Shown: positions 8,666-18,472, counted from the stretch's first letter. The stretch is DNA of 32,000 nucleotides from an uncultured archaeon (GCA_964354495.1 CAYHAA010000018.1:30155-62154); one strand, 5' to 3'. Notes: generated by a model from the sequence alone, not told the origin. Numbers and translations: made by a program.

Positions 8666-9088
8666 TTAGCTGGATTTTACAGCTTGTTTCATCCGCTCAA
8701 GGTCTTCCCAATCCATCGATAATGCATGCATCGCCCAGTGGGTTTCACGATGGCATTTCTGGCACAATGAAATCCAATCATCAGGATTCATCACTCGAAG
8801 ATGCTTTTTCCTTTTCAGTATGTCTCTGCCATGCCGTCGTCCATCTTTCCTGTGAACAGTCAGTGTTTTCTCACGATAATGCACGCCACAATGGAAACAG
8901 GTTTCGCCAAAGAGAAGGCGTCGCAAATCATAATCACCTAACTTTGGATTCTCGATTATCTCAAGGAATTTTGCTGAAGATGGTGCATTGTCATCAGTTT
9001 CGTAGAACGGCTTTGCTTGCTCAACATTGCGATTGGCTTTTGACTTCTTGGGTACCCCGCTCTCTTCGCAGATCTCTTCTTTTGTCAT
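8666..9088 (-). CDS. HNH-like (His-Me finger) nuclease domain protein
   Basis: CFHCG...LTVHRKDG...MNPDDWISLCQKCHRETH matches the CxxC...H...N...LCxxCH...H HNH layout. Start at ATG 9088, preceded by AGGTGAGAGG. Confidence 0.65.
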   Translation of the reverse strand: MTKEEICEESGVPKKSKANRNVEQAKPFYETDDNAPSSAKFLEIIENPKLGDYDLRRLLFGETCFHCGVHYREKTLTVHRKDGRRHGRDILKRKKHLRVMNPDDWISLCQKCHRETHWAMHALSMDWEDLERMKQAVKSS

Positions 9089-9431
9089 CCTCTCACCTAA
9101 GAAACACATGTGCTGAGATGTATCAAGAATGTTTGGCAAGTCGTAGAGACCCGACAATAGCGTTGAAAATCGAATATCAGGAGCTGATAATGGTCAATGG
9201 AGGCTAATCGCCGGCGAGAATAGGTCAAACTCTCAAGAGCGCTTCTAATGTGGGAATTCTGGGGACTTCAAGTATCAAAACTGCAATCTCCTGACATTCT
9301 CGCAAGGCGATTACGCTCTTCGAGTGTTCGTACCCCTGCAGAACATTGGCCAACTCTGTCTGGAAAGCAGCTTCATACTTGCATCTCGAATGTGAGTCGG
9401 AATATCCGGAGAAGCATGGATGAACGGGGAC

Positions 9432-9946
9432 TCACCGGGTCTTGACTATCTCAATGGTCCCTGAGGCACGCAGTAGTCGCACATGTAGACTCTGTCATCC
9501 TTAGTCTTTGATACATCTATGTCGGCATCGCATCTTGGACAGAGAATCAATGAAGTCATGGCCCGCCATATGTTGATTCCTGTGCTCTAAGCTACACCAC
9601 AAAACAGGCATGGGAGTGCAAGCAGTATGAAGATTAGCGGAATGCCGATGCCATACGCCCGAGAGCTTGGTTCCATTGCTGCTATGGTGACAAGAGAAAG
9701 AATCACAAAATACAGAAACATGCCAATCAGAAGGCTTGCTCCACTTGCTGCCGCACAATCATCCGAACAGTGGATACCATATCTGTTGACTCGCCAGTTG
9801 TCACTCTCGATCGTTCCACACCATTGAGATCTGACAATCTTTGTAGAGTCTACTGCGACATATATCAGAAGCGACTCTCTGTTCTCTATCATGTCCCCTC
9901 TGACGTCAGCTTGGATTCGAAGGGTTATATTCATTCCCCTCTTCAT
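9432..9946 (-). pseudogene. Disrupted paralog of the Zn-finger membrane protein at 13894-14523
   Basis: ORF 9587-9946 aligns by eye to the paralog (IVRSQWCGT vs IVRCFWCGT; HCSDDC vs YCSREC). After an in-frame TAG at 9587-9589 the frame continues ...LCPRCDADIDVSK...YMCDYC. A 1-nt deletion near 9468 hides GASGTIEIVKTR* (paralog CDQCGATGTIKI). Confidence 0.8.
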
Positions 9947-10064
9947 CAGTCATGCTTCGTATCTCTCGTATCAATGATAGCCTTGGAAGTCCGAACAGGC
10001 CCATCAGCTGTGACCGAGCCAGACTTGGTAATATATAAGAAGCAGTCCCCTCTACTATGATATC

Positions 10065-11339
10065 ATGAAGCCTCAGAACCTCGGTGATGATCTGGTCATG
10101 CGGAACGCGACCCACGAGGACATCCCCGCACTACTGGAACACTTTGGCACGGTCCATGGCAGACAGATCACTGACGAGATGAAAGCCCTCCTTGAGCAGT
10201 ATCCCAGACGCTCGTGGGAGGATGTCTTCGTCATAGTGAAATCCGAATCGGGGGAGGTTGTCTCATGTGTCATGCTCCAGCGAAATGCGTGGACCCTAGG
10301 TGGCATCCAGTTTCCCACTGTCGAGATGGAGGCAGTAGGCACGCTAGAGGCATACCGTCATAGAGGACACATGCGCTTGCTCAATGATGCATATGAGAGA
10401 CGGGTATCTGAGATTCAGCCTGTCTTCCAGGCAGTGGCAGGAATCGAGAACTTCTATCGCAACTTCGGGTATGAATATGCTGCTGCCTTGGGAGGCGGTT
10501 ATCCAGTGACACCGGGATTCATCCCGAAACTTACTAAGGGAGAACAGGAGCCAGTCACCTTCGAGAAGGTGGACAGGAAGAGCTTCAAGAAGTTCCTGAG
10601 ATATCGAGAGGAGAAGGCATCAGGCGTGATACAGAATACGACATGGCAGAGGATGATCCACCCAGAGGACTCAGCCTACCTTCTCTTCGAGCCAACGACT
10701 GATGAACAAGAGGCCTTCTTCTATTACCTTGTAAAGGAGAAGCAAAGAACTGTAGGAGTGTTCTACCTGTCGCGCTGGGAGAACAGGGTCGACGTTGTAG
10801 AGCTGTACCTTGACACGTACAACCATGTCGATGCAGTCCTGAGGTTCGCTCAGGCAAAGGCACAGGAGTGGGGCGGACTCCCTGTCAGGGTTGTACCTCC
10901 AAATCAGGCACAGGTCAGCGAATACGTACATGCAAGACCAGCCTATGGCACGAAGAGCATCAATCGCTATGCGTGGTATATCAAGATTACCTCCGTCCCG
11001 CGATTCATCGAGACCATGGCACCGCTCCTCTCTGATCGTCTGAAACAGACCGAGTTTCATGACTTCACCGGCGAACTGAAGATAACAGATTACAAAGAGG
11101 GCTGGACCCTCACCTTCAGCAACGGTGCGTTCATTGGAATCGTCGAGAATGAAGGCAGAGACCCTGGCAAGTACAGCCTCCGTATACCAAGGGGCCCCCT
11201 GACAAGGCTACTCATGGGCTACGAAACCTATGACTCTCTCGCTGGTCATGAACCAGATGTGGTATGCTCTCCAGTGATGCAACCACTAGTGAGAACACTC
11301 TTCCCACAGCTGAACGCCAATGTCGATCCCTTTTACTAG
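10065..11339 (+). CDS. Eis-like GNAT family N-acetyltransferase with C-terminal SCP2-like domain
   Basis: VGTLEAYRHRGHMRLL acetyl-CoA motif, GIENFYRNFGYEYA, C-terminal LTRLLMGY...LFP typical of Eis-type proteins. Confidence 0.8.
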   Translation: MKPQNLGDDLVMRNATHEDIPALLEHFGTVHGRQITDEMKALLEQYPRRSWEDVFVIVKSESGEVVSCVMLQRNAWTLGGIQFPTVEMEAVGTLEAYRHRGHMRLLNDAYERRVSEIQPVFQAVAGIENFYRNFGYEYAAALGGGYPVTPGFIPKLTKGEQEPVTFEKVDRKSFKKFLRYREEKASGVIQNTTWQRMIHPEDSAYLLFEPTTDEQEAFFYYLVKEKQRTVGVFYLSRWENRVDVVELYLDTYNHVDAVLRFAQAKAQEWGGLPVRVVPPNQAQVSEYVHARPAYGTKSINRYAWYIKITSVPRFIETMAPLLSDRLKQTEFHDFTGELKITDYKEGWTLTFSNGAFIGIVENEGRDPGKYSLRIPRGPLTRLLMGYETYDSLAGHEPDVVCSPVMQPLVRTLFPQLNANVDPFY

Positions 11340-11543
11340 CGCCTGAACGATACTCTGCACTGGTGGGGAAATACAGAGAATAGGATATCATCTTCGATGG
11401 TTGTGTAAGGCAATCCACCGTGAGCAATCCATTGTTAGAGAGAAACTGCAATTGTGTTGGCACGCCTACGAACAAGTAGATTAGGCAGTGGAACACAATG
11501 AGTGTCAGGCTCATATGCAGGTCCAAGTCGAGGAGGAGGACAG

Positions 11544-12377
11544 ATGCTAGCATTCCCGCCAACTTACGCCATTCCTATTTCCTTGGTCTTCATCTGTACT
11601 GTGTTGCTCTTTTGCTATGCGCCCGTACGTGAAAGGCTGCGCCCGCAACGGCTGCTCATTCTTGCACTCGCAGCGACACTCATATGCGTTCCAGTCTATG
11701 CCATCAACTATCAGCAGACTCCAGCATACGACGTAGGAAGTGTTGTCTTCAGAGATAGAGCCTGGGACTTCACAATCTGGCCAGGGAACACAGAGAGAAT
11801 CGACGATATATCCAATATTCATGCAGTAGCCGCCGCATATATCACGATAGTCTGCGACTCGAACGTGACATTCTACCTCATCGATCAAAACAGACCAGAA
11901 GCGCATCACCGGGAGGCCAACTACTCAGAAGTAGAAACTACATTTCGTCTACCCTATCTCTACACAGAGACAGGGGTGCCAGCACAATGGTCAATCTGTC
12001 TAACGAACTCCAATCCCACACTCCTACATGTCCGTATCGAATCAATATGGCTTGAGGACAGCATCGAAATGGCGTGGTGGGGCATAGAGTACAGTCTTTA
12101 TTTGCCGTTAGTACTCCTCTTTGCAGTCTGGATGGCACTAGGTCTACCTATGTTGATTCTCTACCGAAGGAGAGCAGAATCACAGGAATTCATGACTGGT
12201 CTGGCTCTCACAATTCTAGGCGTCGGTCTTGGAGTAGTTCTAGCTTCCCTAGTGCCATTCTATCTACTCTCTCCGAGTTCGATTGGGATACTTGTGATTG
12301 TTGCGCTCTTTCTCGTTTACGGATGCAATCGAAAGAAAACAGAAGCGCCTCCTGCGCCAACTCCAGCTGTCGTATAG
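11544..12377 (+). CDS. Hypothetical multi-pass membrane protein
   Basis: Long ORF with two N-terminal and three C-terminal hydrophobic segments around a soluble domain; GAGGAGGAGG SD before ATG 11544. Confidence 0.7.
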   Translation: MLAFPPTYAIPISLVFICTVLLFCYAPVRERLRPQRLLILALAATLICVPVYAINYQQTPAYDVGSVVFRDRAWDFTIWPGNTERIDDISNIHAVAAAYITIVCDSNVTFYLIDQNRPEAHHREANYSEVETTFRLPYLYTETGVPAQWSICLTNSNPTLLHVRIESIWLEDSIEMAWWGIEYSLYLPLVLLFAVWMALGLPMLILYRRRAESQEFMTGLALTILGVGLGVVLASLVPFYLLSPSSIGILVIVALFLVYGCNRKKTEAPPAPTPAVV

Positions 12378-12553
12378 ACTCTAAGACTGACATGAGTCTT
12401 ACCTAGAAGGTACAATAAGAAAGTCATAAGATATGTCGATGAATCAGTCCAGATTTCCATCAGTAATTAGTCCCGCATTTTGACCCCAGAGCTGTATCCT
12501 ATTCAGATAGTAACATAGGACGGCTGGAGTCCCGAACACTCGGTGCTCAATAG

Positions 12554-13897
12554 ATGACAGGTTTTGAGGAACAATACCGAGCTCGGACTCAGAAATCGTT
12601 CAATATGTTCCAAGAGGCTAGCAAATCGCTCCCTGGTGGAGTTGCTGCTAATGGAAAATTCCTAGAGCCCTATCCCATATACGTGGATAGAGTGAGAGGA
12701 GCATACCTTTGGGACATAGACGGTAATCAATACACAGACCTCCTGATGGGCGCAGGAGTTCACATACTTGGACACAACCCAAAGATTGTCTTGGACGCAG
12801 TCAAGAGGCAGTTGGAGATGGGTGTCCATTACTATTTGCCAGCTGAGGCAGAGGTGAAACTGGCAAAGAAAGTATGCCAGCTCATGCCTGCAGTTGAGAT
12901 GGTCAGGTTCCTGAACACTGGCTCAGAGTCTACTATGATGGCTCTGCGAACTGCCAGAGCATACCGGAAGAAGGACAGAATTGCGAAATTCGAGGGGAAC
13001 TTTCACGGACAGCATGATTCAGTACTGGTCAGTACCATGAGCACCGGTGGGGAACCTACAAATCTCCGTCCAAACATAGATAGTGCAGGTATTGCAAAGG
13101 CAGTCGCTCAGGATGTTCTAGTCCTTCCGTATAATGACATAGATGGAGCTATTTCTGCAATTCGCAAAGAGGCGAATAGTCTGGGAGCAGTGATTGTTGA
13201 ACCAGTATCAGCGTTTGGCCTTGGTAGTGTTCCAGCTGACAAGGAGTTCCTCAAGGCGCTCAGAGAGGTCACGAAGGAGAATGATATTCCCCTCATCTTC
13301 GATGAAGTTGTCACCAATTTCCGACTGGCACTCGGAGGAGCAGTAGAATTCTTCGGTGTAAAACCAGACCTTGAGTGCCTTGGGAAGATACTAGGAGGAG
13401 GTTTCCCCATCGGCGGATTCGGTGGAAGGAGAGACATCATGGACAAGATGGTCACACCTAAGACGGGACTCTGGGACCTCAAAGAGCAGATCTTTCAATC
13501 AGGGTGCTTCTCAGGCAATGCCATATCCATGACCGCCGGTCTTGCTGTCTTGGAAGAACTCGAGAAGAAGAAGGTCCATCCTCGTCTGAACTCTCTGACA
13601 GAAAAACTGCGAAATGGTCTGTCTGAGATTGGAAAGCAGTACAAGTATGACATGCTGGTGACCGGAGTCGCATCAATCCTTCAGGTTCACTTCGGCGTAA
13701 GAGCCATCAGAAACAAGCGTGATGCAATGAAAGTGGACAAGGCGATGACCAAGGCATTCCATCTGGGGATGCGAGCAAAGGGAGTCATGGCAAGTGCACA
13801 TCCGCTCTTTCTCTCTACAGAACACACAGAGAAGGATGTAGCGCACATTCTAGAAGTCGCTGAAGTAGTTCTGAAGGAAATGAAGAGTCATAACTAA
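12554..13897 (+). CDS. Class III PLP aminotransferase, glutamate-1-semialdehyde aminomutase-like
   Basis: GAYLWDIDGNQY, NTGSESTMMALR, KFEGNFHG, LIFDEVVTNFR, PLP lysine in LGKILGGGFPIG, GCFSGN. Confidence 0.88.
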   Translation: MTGFEEQYRARTQKSFNMFQEASKSLPGGVAANGKFLEPYPIYVDRVRGAYLWDIDGNQYTDLLMGAGVHILGHNPKIVLDAVKRQLEMGVHYYLPAEAEVKLAKKVCQLMPAVEMVRFLNTGSESTMMALRTARAYRKKDRIAKFEGNFHGQHDSVLVSTMSTGGEPTNLRPNIDSAGIAKAVAQDVLVLPYNDIDGAISAIRKEANSLGAVIVEPVSAFGLGSVPADKEFLKALREVTKENDIPLIFDEVVTNFRLALGGAVEFFGVKPDLECLGKILGGGFPIGGFGGRRDIMDKMVTPKTGLWDLKEQIFQSGCFSGNAISMTAGLAVLEELEKKKVHPRLNSLTEKLRNGLSEIGKQYKYDMLVTGVASILQVHFGVRAIRNKRDAMKVDKAMTKAFHLGMRAKGVMASAHPLFLSTEHTEKDVAHILEVAEVVLKEMKSHN

Positions 13898-14523
13898 CTC
13901 AGGTCAGCTCCAAGAATCTTGATGGTTCCTGTCGCACCGCATTGGTCACACCTGTATGCCATATCAGGACCCACTTTTTTCAGGTCAATACTTGTATCGC
14001 ATTGCGGACATGGAGCAGTGGGAGGCAACACCTTCAGCAGAGATGTGTTCGAGGGAACTACAGCGTCGCGAGAGTATCTTGGAACTGCTCTCCGATGGCG
14101 ATATTCTCCTAGTCCCTTGATGAGCAGTGGCGAAAACAAAACCGTAACAACCAAGAAGATACCAAGGTATGCAACTATAGACGTTATTCCTGCGATGCGT
14201 GCCGAACCGGCTATGAAACTTGGAAAAATGAACACAGCAAGAAGGAAATTGCCGAGTGTTTCATCCACTTTACTAGCTTGAACGCATTCCCGCGAGCAGT
14301 ATACTCCTGTATGAGTGGTGGTCCATGCTGGACTCTCTGGAGTGCCACACCAGAAGCATCGCACAATCTGCCAAGCATCAACTTTGATATAGATCTCCGA
14401 TGACGACTTGCTACTTATCACAGCTGGCGAGAGAATCGCCCCCTCATGACATCTATATCTCAACTGGTTATATTCGTTCGCTTCCTCGTTTGAAAGGTGT
14501 GTTTCATCAAGATGTCGAGTCAA
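13894..14523 (-). CDS. Hypothetical membrane protein with N-terminal CxxC...CxxxC finger, two TM helices and C-terminal Zn ribbon
   Basis: RCFWCGT...YCSREC, two hydrophobic helices, then CPQC...CDQC; paralogous to the 9432-9946 pseudogene. Confidence 0.75.
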   Translation of the reverse strand: MTRHLDETHLSNEEANEYNQLRYRCHEGAILSPAVISSKSSSEIYIKVDAWQIVRCFWCGTPESPAWTTTHTGVYCSRECVQASKVDETLGNFLLAVFIFPSFIAGSARIAGITSIVAYLGIFLVVTVLFSPLLIKGLGEYRHRRAVPRYSRDAVVPSNTSLLKVLPPTAPCPQCDTSIDLKKVGPDMAYRCDQCGATGTIKILGADLS

Positions 14524-14537
14524 TGATTCAAGTAGTC

Positions 14538-15514
14538 TTAGACTGTTGAGACCTGAATTATCTCTAGAACGCCAGTCCAGTCTGCAACATATACGAAATC
14601 ACCGACGACATCCAAGTTGATAGCTTCACCGCCATCGTAGAAACTGGCAATCAATACTGGGCTCTGTGGAGTGCTCATATCAACGATGAGTAGCCCCAAT
14701 TCAATGTCTGCCACATAGGCGATGCTGCCTACGACATGAACAGCGAAGATTGAGCCATTTGCATCGAACAGCCCAGTCTGGATGATCTCTGATGGGTCAC
14801 TCACATCTAGAATCCGTAATTCTCCACCCTCCAGAGATCGTCGTCAGGCATGTAGCTCCCAGCGAATGCTGGGTGCGATGGGTCACTGATATTCAACACT
14901 TTGATGCCCGTCTGGGCACTTCTATGGTCCACAACAAATGCAAGATCGTCAACGACATGAAGCTGGTGACAGGCTCCTGTGATGGAGTAGCTTGAGAGAT
15001 ATTCCGGATTGCTGGGATCAGACACATTGAGGATTATCAGACCATTGTTCCAGTCTGCAACGAAAGCAAGGCTGCCGACCACTTGCACATCATACACCTC
15101 GCCACTGCCAAGATACTCACCCACCTTGTAGGGACTTACTGGATTACTGACATTGATGATTTCCAATCCATACTGTGCATCAGCTATGTACGCGCAACTC
15201 CCTGCAACATCTACCTTGCGGGGCCATCCTCCATCACGATACGAGGAGAGCTCAGTAGGATTCGATGGGTCGCTGATATTGATGAGTACAAGTCCCCCTG
15301 GAGTGTGCTCATTCTGGTCTATGACATAGGCAATGTCCCCAACCAGTTTCACATCCACTGCCATCTCTCCAATATCGAACTGGCCAATCTTTGTCAGAAG
15401 TAGTGTTGGCTCGGGGGTCTGATTGTTCTGGAGGATAACCAAAGAGATTGCCACGCCAACTGCCAACATGACTGCGATTGTGAATGCAATGACGCGGACT
15501 CGCCCACTTTCCAT
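14538..15514 (-). pseudogene. LVIVD-repeat beta-propeller protein with N-terminal anchor, split by a frameshift near 14815-14830
   Basis: Repeats GLVLINISDP, GLEIINVSNP, GLIILNVSDP and GIKVLNISDP. After DDDLW the frame changes; the other frame reads GELRILDVSDPSE into ORF 14538-14804. SD GAGGAGG precedes ATG 15514. Confidence 0.8.
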
Positions 15515-15753
15515 GTTCCATCCTCCTCTATTCTCTTCATTCCCCAACCACGAATACTGCAACCAAACTGACAGACATTGATAGGGGAAGCTAGTAATCA
15601 CATCTGGTTGGTCACTATTTAAGAGGAAACATCAAAGCAACATGTTTTCAACTTTAGAGTGCTGATTCCTTGGTTGCCACATGAATTTGAAAGGAGAAGA
15701 ATAGAATGTGTGTTGTCAGATTCCAGGTTCCAGACCATGAATTTCATCCTCAA

Positions 15754-15775
15754 GCAATATATTGCAGTACTAGTA
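15754..15775. promoter_or_regulatory. Two adjacent perfect palindromes upstream of the mutY-like gene (possible operator overlapping a TATA-like box)
   Basis: GCAATATATTGC (15754-15765) and TACTAGTA (15768-15775) in a divergent intergenic region; function is inferred only. Confidence 0.3.
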
Positions 15776-15830
15776 TATGTCAGCAGCCTGCACAATACAA
15801 GATACTGCAGCAGAGATAGTGGTGTCAGAC

Positions 15831-16649
15831 ATGACTGTCAACCTTGACCAAGAGTCCGCACATATCTTTCAACAGAAGGTCATGGACTGGTGGAGCAAGA
15901 ATGCCAGAGATCTCCCCTGGCGAAACAATCCTGGTCCCTATGAGGTCCTTGTGTCCGAGGTCATGCTGCAACAGACCCAGGTCAACAGAGTAATTCCGAA
16001 GTACCTAGAGTTCCTGCGGGAGTTTCCCACTGTGGAAGCCCTTGCCTCTTCAGAGACGAAGCGATTGCTGACTGTCTGGAGCGGGCTCGGGTATAATCGC
16101 CGAGCCGTATGGTTGAGAGAGGCTGCACGCGAGATCGTAGCAAGAGGCGGTTTTCCGCAGGAGGTCAAGGACCTACGAGAGCTGAAGGGTATCGGTCCCT
16201 ATGCATCCCGGTCAATTCTGATATTCGCATTCAACAAGGACCTGGCTGCAGTGGATACGAACATTCGGCGGGTCCTCATTGCATCAGGATTCGCTAACGA
16301 ATCGATGACACACAAAGAGGTTCAGGCGGTGGCTGATGCGTTGCTCCTGCGGGGCAGGTCGAGTGACTGGCATAACGCCCTGATGGACTACGGCTCTGAG
16401 GTACTCACGGCTAACACGACAGGTATTGCTCCGAAGTCTAGACAGCCTAAGTTCAAGCAATCAACCCGGCAAGTTCGCGGGATCATCGTCCGTGTTCTAA
16501 CACAGAATAATTCTATGTCCCTGAGGCAGTTACTCTCCCAACTCGATTTTGAATGTAATGAAAGAGATATCCAGCCAATACTTGACCAGATGGTGGCAGA
16601 AAAACTCATCGAGTTCACAATGACAGGCAACTACAGGATTGTGGACTAA
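15831..16649 (+). CDS. MutY-like A/G-specific adenine glycosylase (HhH-GPD), lacking the 4Fe-4S motif
   Basis: RDLPWR, VSEVMLQQTQV, WSGLGYNRRA, HhH LKGIGPYAS and VDTNIRRV are present; no C-x6-C-x2-C-x5-C. Confidence 0.85.
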   Translation: MTVNLDQESAHIFQQKVMDWWSKNARDLPWRNNPGPYEVLVSEVMLQQTQVNRVIPKYLEFLREFPTVEALASSETKRLLTVWSGLGYNRRAVWLREAAREIVARGGFPQEVKDLRELKGIGPYASRSILIFAFNKDLAAVDTNIRRVLIASGFANESMTHKEVQAVADALLLRGRSSDWHNALMDYGSEVLTANTTGIAPKSRQPKFKQSTRQVRGIIVRVLTQNNSMSLRQLLSQLDFECNERDIQPILDQMVAEKLIEFTMTGNYRIVD

Positions 16650-16693
16650 GGTCAATGGACCTCTGAGTCTATCCCATTCATCCCGATACTCGG

Positions 16694-17467
16694 CTATTCA
16701 CTCCAGTCTTGAAGAGCCACCTTGACTGAACGGCGCATCTCTGCTGCGAACGTAGAGCCGGTCTTCCGCAGGAAGACACTCTGCCCAAGATTCTGAGCGC
16801 CGCCAAAGAAGCTGCTCGGATGACCAAAATGCTCCATGAGCATGGCCTCGAACTCCTTGCTGTCTACGTGCGAGTACTTGTCCTTGAAATACACGAATCG
16901 TTGAGGGAATCGGGGTGTCTTCTCACGGTCAGCACGTTCTCCACCAACGGGATAGCCAAAGCATAGGAGGGCGATGGGGAATACCCACTTAGGCAGATCA
17001 AACATCTTACGATGGGTCTCTATGTTCTCCATGATGTCCCCGATATAGCACGACCCAATCCCCAGTGACTCGGCTGCGATTACTGCATTCTCTGCTGCTA
17101 CCAATGCATCACAGCACGCAAGCAGGAGGTCAGACTCTTGTGGTGTGACATAGTCGAGACCTCGCTCCCTGCACATCTCTGGCACACCTGAATATCGAAA
17201 GAGGTCGTACCACCTCTGCAGGTCTGCGAGGAATAGTAGAACTAGAGGGGCCTTCGCAATGAAGGGTTGATTGTCGCATGTTGTGACCAGCTTATCCTTC
17301 ATCTTCTGGTTCACCACCTCAATGACTGAGTAATGCATCATGTTTCCAGCTGTAGGAGCACGGAACATGCTGTGAAGGATCCACTCTTTGTGCTCTTTTG
17401 AGATAGGCCGAGGGTCATATCCCCTCAGGGTCCTTCGATTATCAAGCACTTTCAGGGTCTCGTTCAT
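16694..17467 (-). CDS. Nitroreductase family flavin oxidoreductase (NfrA/Frp-like)
   Basis: RRTLRGY, RAPTAGNMMHYSVI, NQPFIAKAPLVLLFLAD, AAESLGIGSCYIGDI, LCFGYP. Confidence 0.9.
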   Translation of the reverse strand: MNETLKVLDNRRTLRGYDPRPISKEHKEWILHSMFRAPTAGNMMHYSVIEVVNQKMKDKLVTTCDNQPFIAKAPLVLLFLADLQRWYDLFRYSGVPEMCRERGLDYVTPQESDLLLACCDALVAAENAVIAAESLGIGSCYIGDIMENIETHRKMFDLPKWVFPIALLCFGYPVGGERADREKTPRFPQRFVYFKDKYSHVDSKEFEAMLMEHFGHPSSFFGGAQNLGQSVFLRKTGSTFAAEMRRSVKVALQDWSE

Positions 17468-17575
17468 AGATGGCCTATGAGTAAGACTCGCATATAACAG
17501 AATCCCATGAATGGAAGACCTTATAGTCCTTCGATTGTTGTACCAAACATCATTGAAATTGATGGGCTGATGTGA

Positions 17576-18142
17576 GTGAGCGGTACAGAGGAGTGCGTAA
17601 GGGCTGTGGCTGATGAGATCTTACGCGGGCATGTGCTGAAACTCGATGAGCCATTGTCGTATCCGGGAATTGCCATCATTCCAATCATCAGAGTGCAAGA
17701 ACAGAAGCAGTCCAAGAGGCTCATGCATATCCCCAGGTCCACACTGACTGAAGATGTCCACAAGGTCATAGTGGGAAGTATACCGATGAATTCGTGTGGC
17801 GTGCTCATTCTAGACTCGCTTGGCGATGTCATAACCTTCAAGTTGCATCAGGAAGTCCGTGCATTCTGGGAACGTATCAACTTCGTCGAGAAGATAGTTG
17901 CAGAAACCTACAGAGACACAAGAAAACCACTGAGCAGGGCAGGTGCCACTGCCAGAGTGGTGGCCTTTCTCACGCGGCTTAGAAACGATGGAACTGAGGC
18001 AGTCGTGACGGAGAGGACAAACTACTTCGTGGTTTCATTGACTGATGCAGCGAAAGAAGCAGGAACCATCCAGAACCATCTCGAGGCGACTGCGGCGATA
18101 CTGTATAGCTCAGCGAGCAGGCAGCAGATTCCTCTTGCGTGA
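17576..18142 (+). CDS. Hypothetical protein
   Basis: 188-aa ORF with protein-like composition, filling the gap between genes; no confident family. Confidence 0.65.
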   Translation: MSGTEECVRAVADEILRGHVLKLDEPLSYPGIAIIPIIRVQEQKQSKRLMHIPRSTLTEDVHKVIVGSIPMNSCGVLILDSLGDVITFKLHQEVRAFWERINFVEKIVAETYRDTRKPLSRAGATARVVAFLTRLRNDGTEAVVTERTNYFVVSLTDAAKEAGTIQNHLEATAAILYSSASRQQIPLA

Positions 18143-18211
18143 TATCAGGGAAGATACGTCAAAGAGAAGACATATACTATCATTTTAGTATCTTTTCGGC
18201 GGTGAAGATAC

Positions 18212-18472
18212 GTGTCGATACAGAAGCTCAGCTCTCTCGAAGGCAAAGGGCCAGAACCCGACTATGATGCAATGAGAACGAGAAAAGAGTGTAGGAACAC
18301 GGCAATCTACTGTGTTGTCTCATTGGGTCTGCTCATTGCCGCCTTTGCGATAAGTAATCCCGCGGTAGCCGCAGCCCTCCCAGGCGGACCAGCGACTGTC
18401 CTGTTCTTGGGCATTCTCATCATCATTTCTGTGCTATTGCTCTGCTACTGGCAGAAACCGAGGCGAAAGTAG
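18212..18472 (+). CDS. Small two-TM membrane protein
   Basis: Two hydrophobic helices and a basic tail (QKPRRK); GGTGA SD before GTG. Confidence 0.65.
   Translation: MSIQKLSSLEGKGPEPDYDAMRTRKECRNTAIYCVVSLGLLIAAFAISNPAVAAALPGGPATVLFLGILIIISVLLLCYWQKPRRK

Noticed and set aside
9587-9589. In-frame TAG as pyrrolysine readthrough
   Set aside because: The same gene also has a frameshift and a lost Cys, so decay is the simpler explanation.
12554-13897. Calling the aminotransferase hemL (tetrapyrrole synthesis)
   Set aside because: No hem genes are nearby and GSAM-like paralogs with other substrates are common; left without a symbol.
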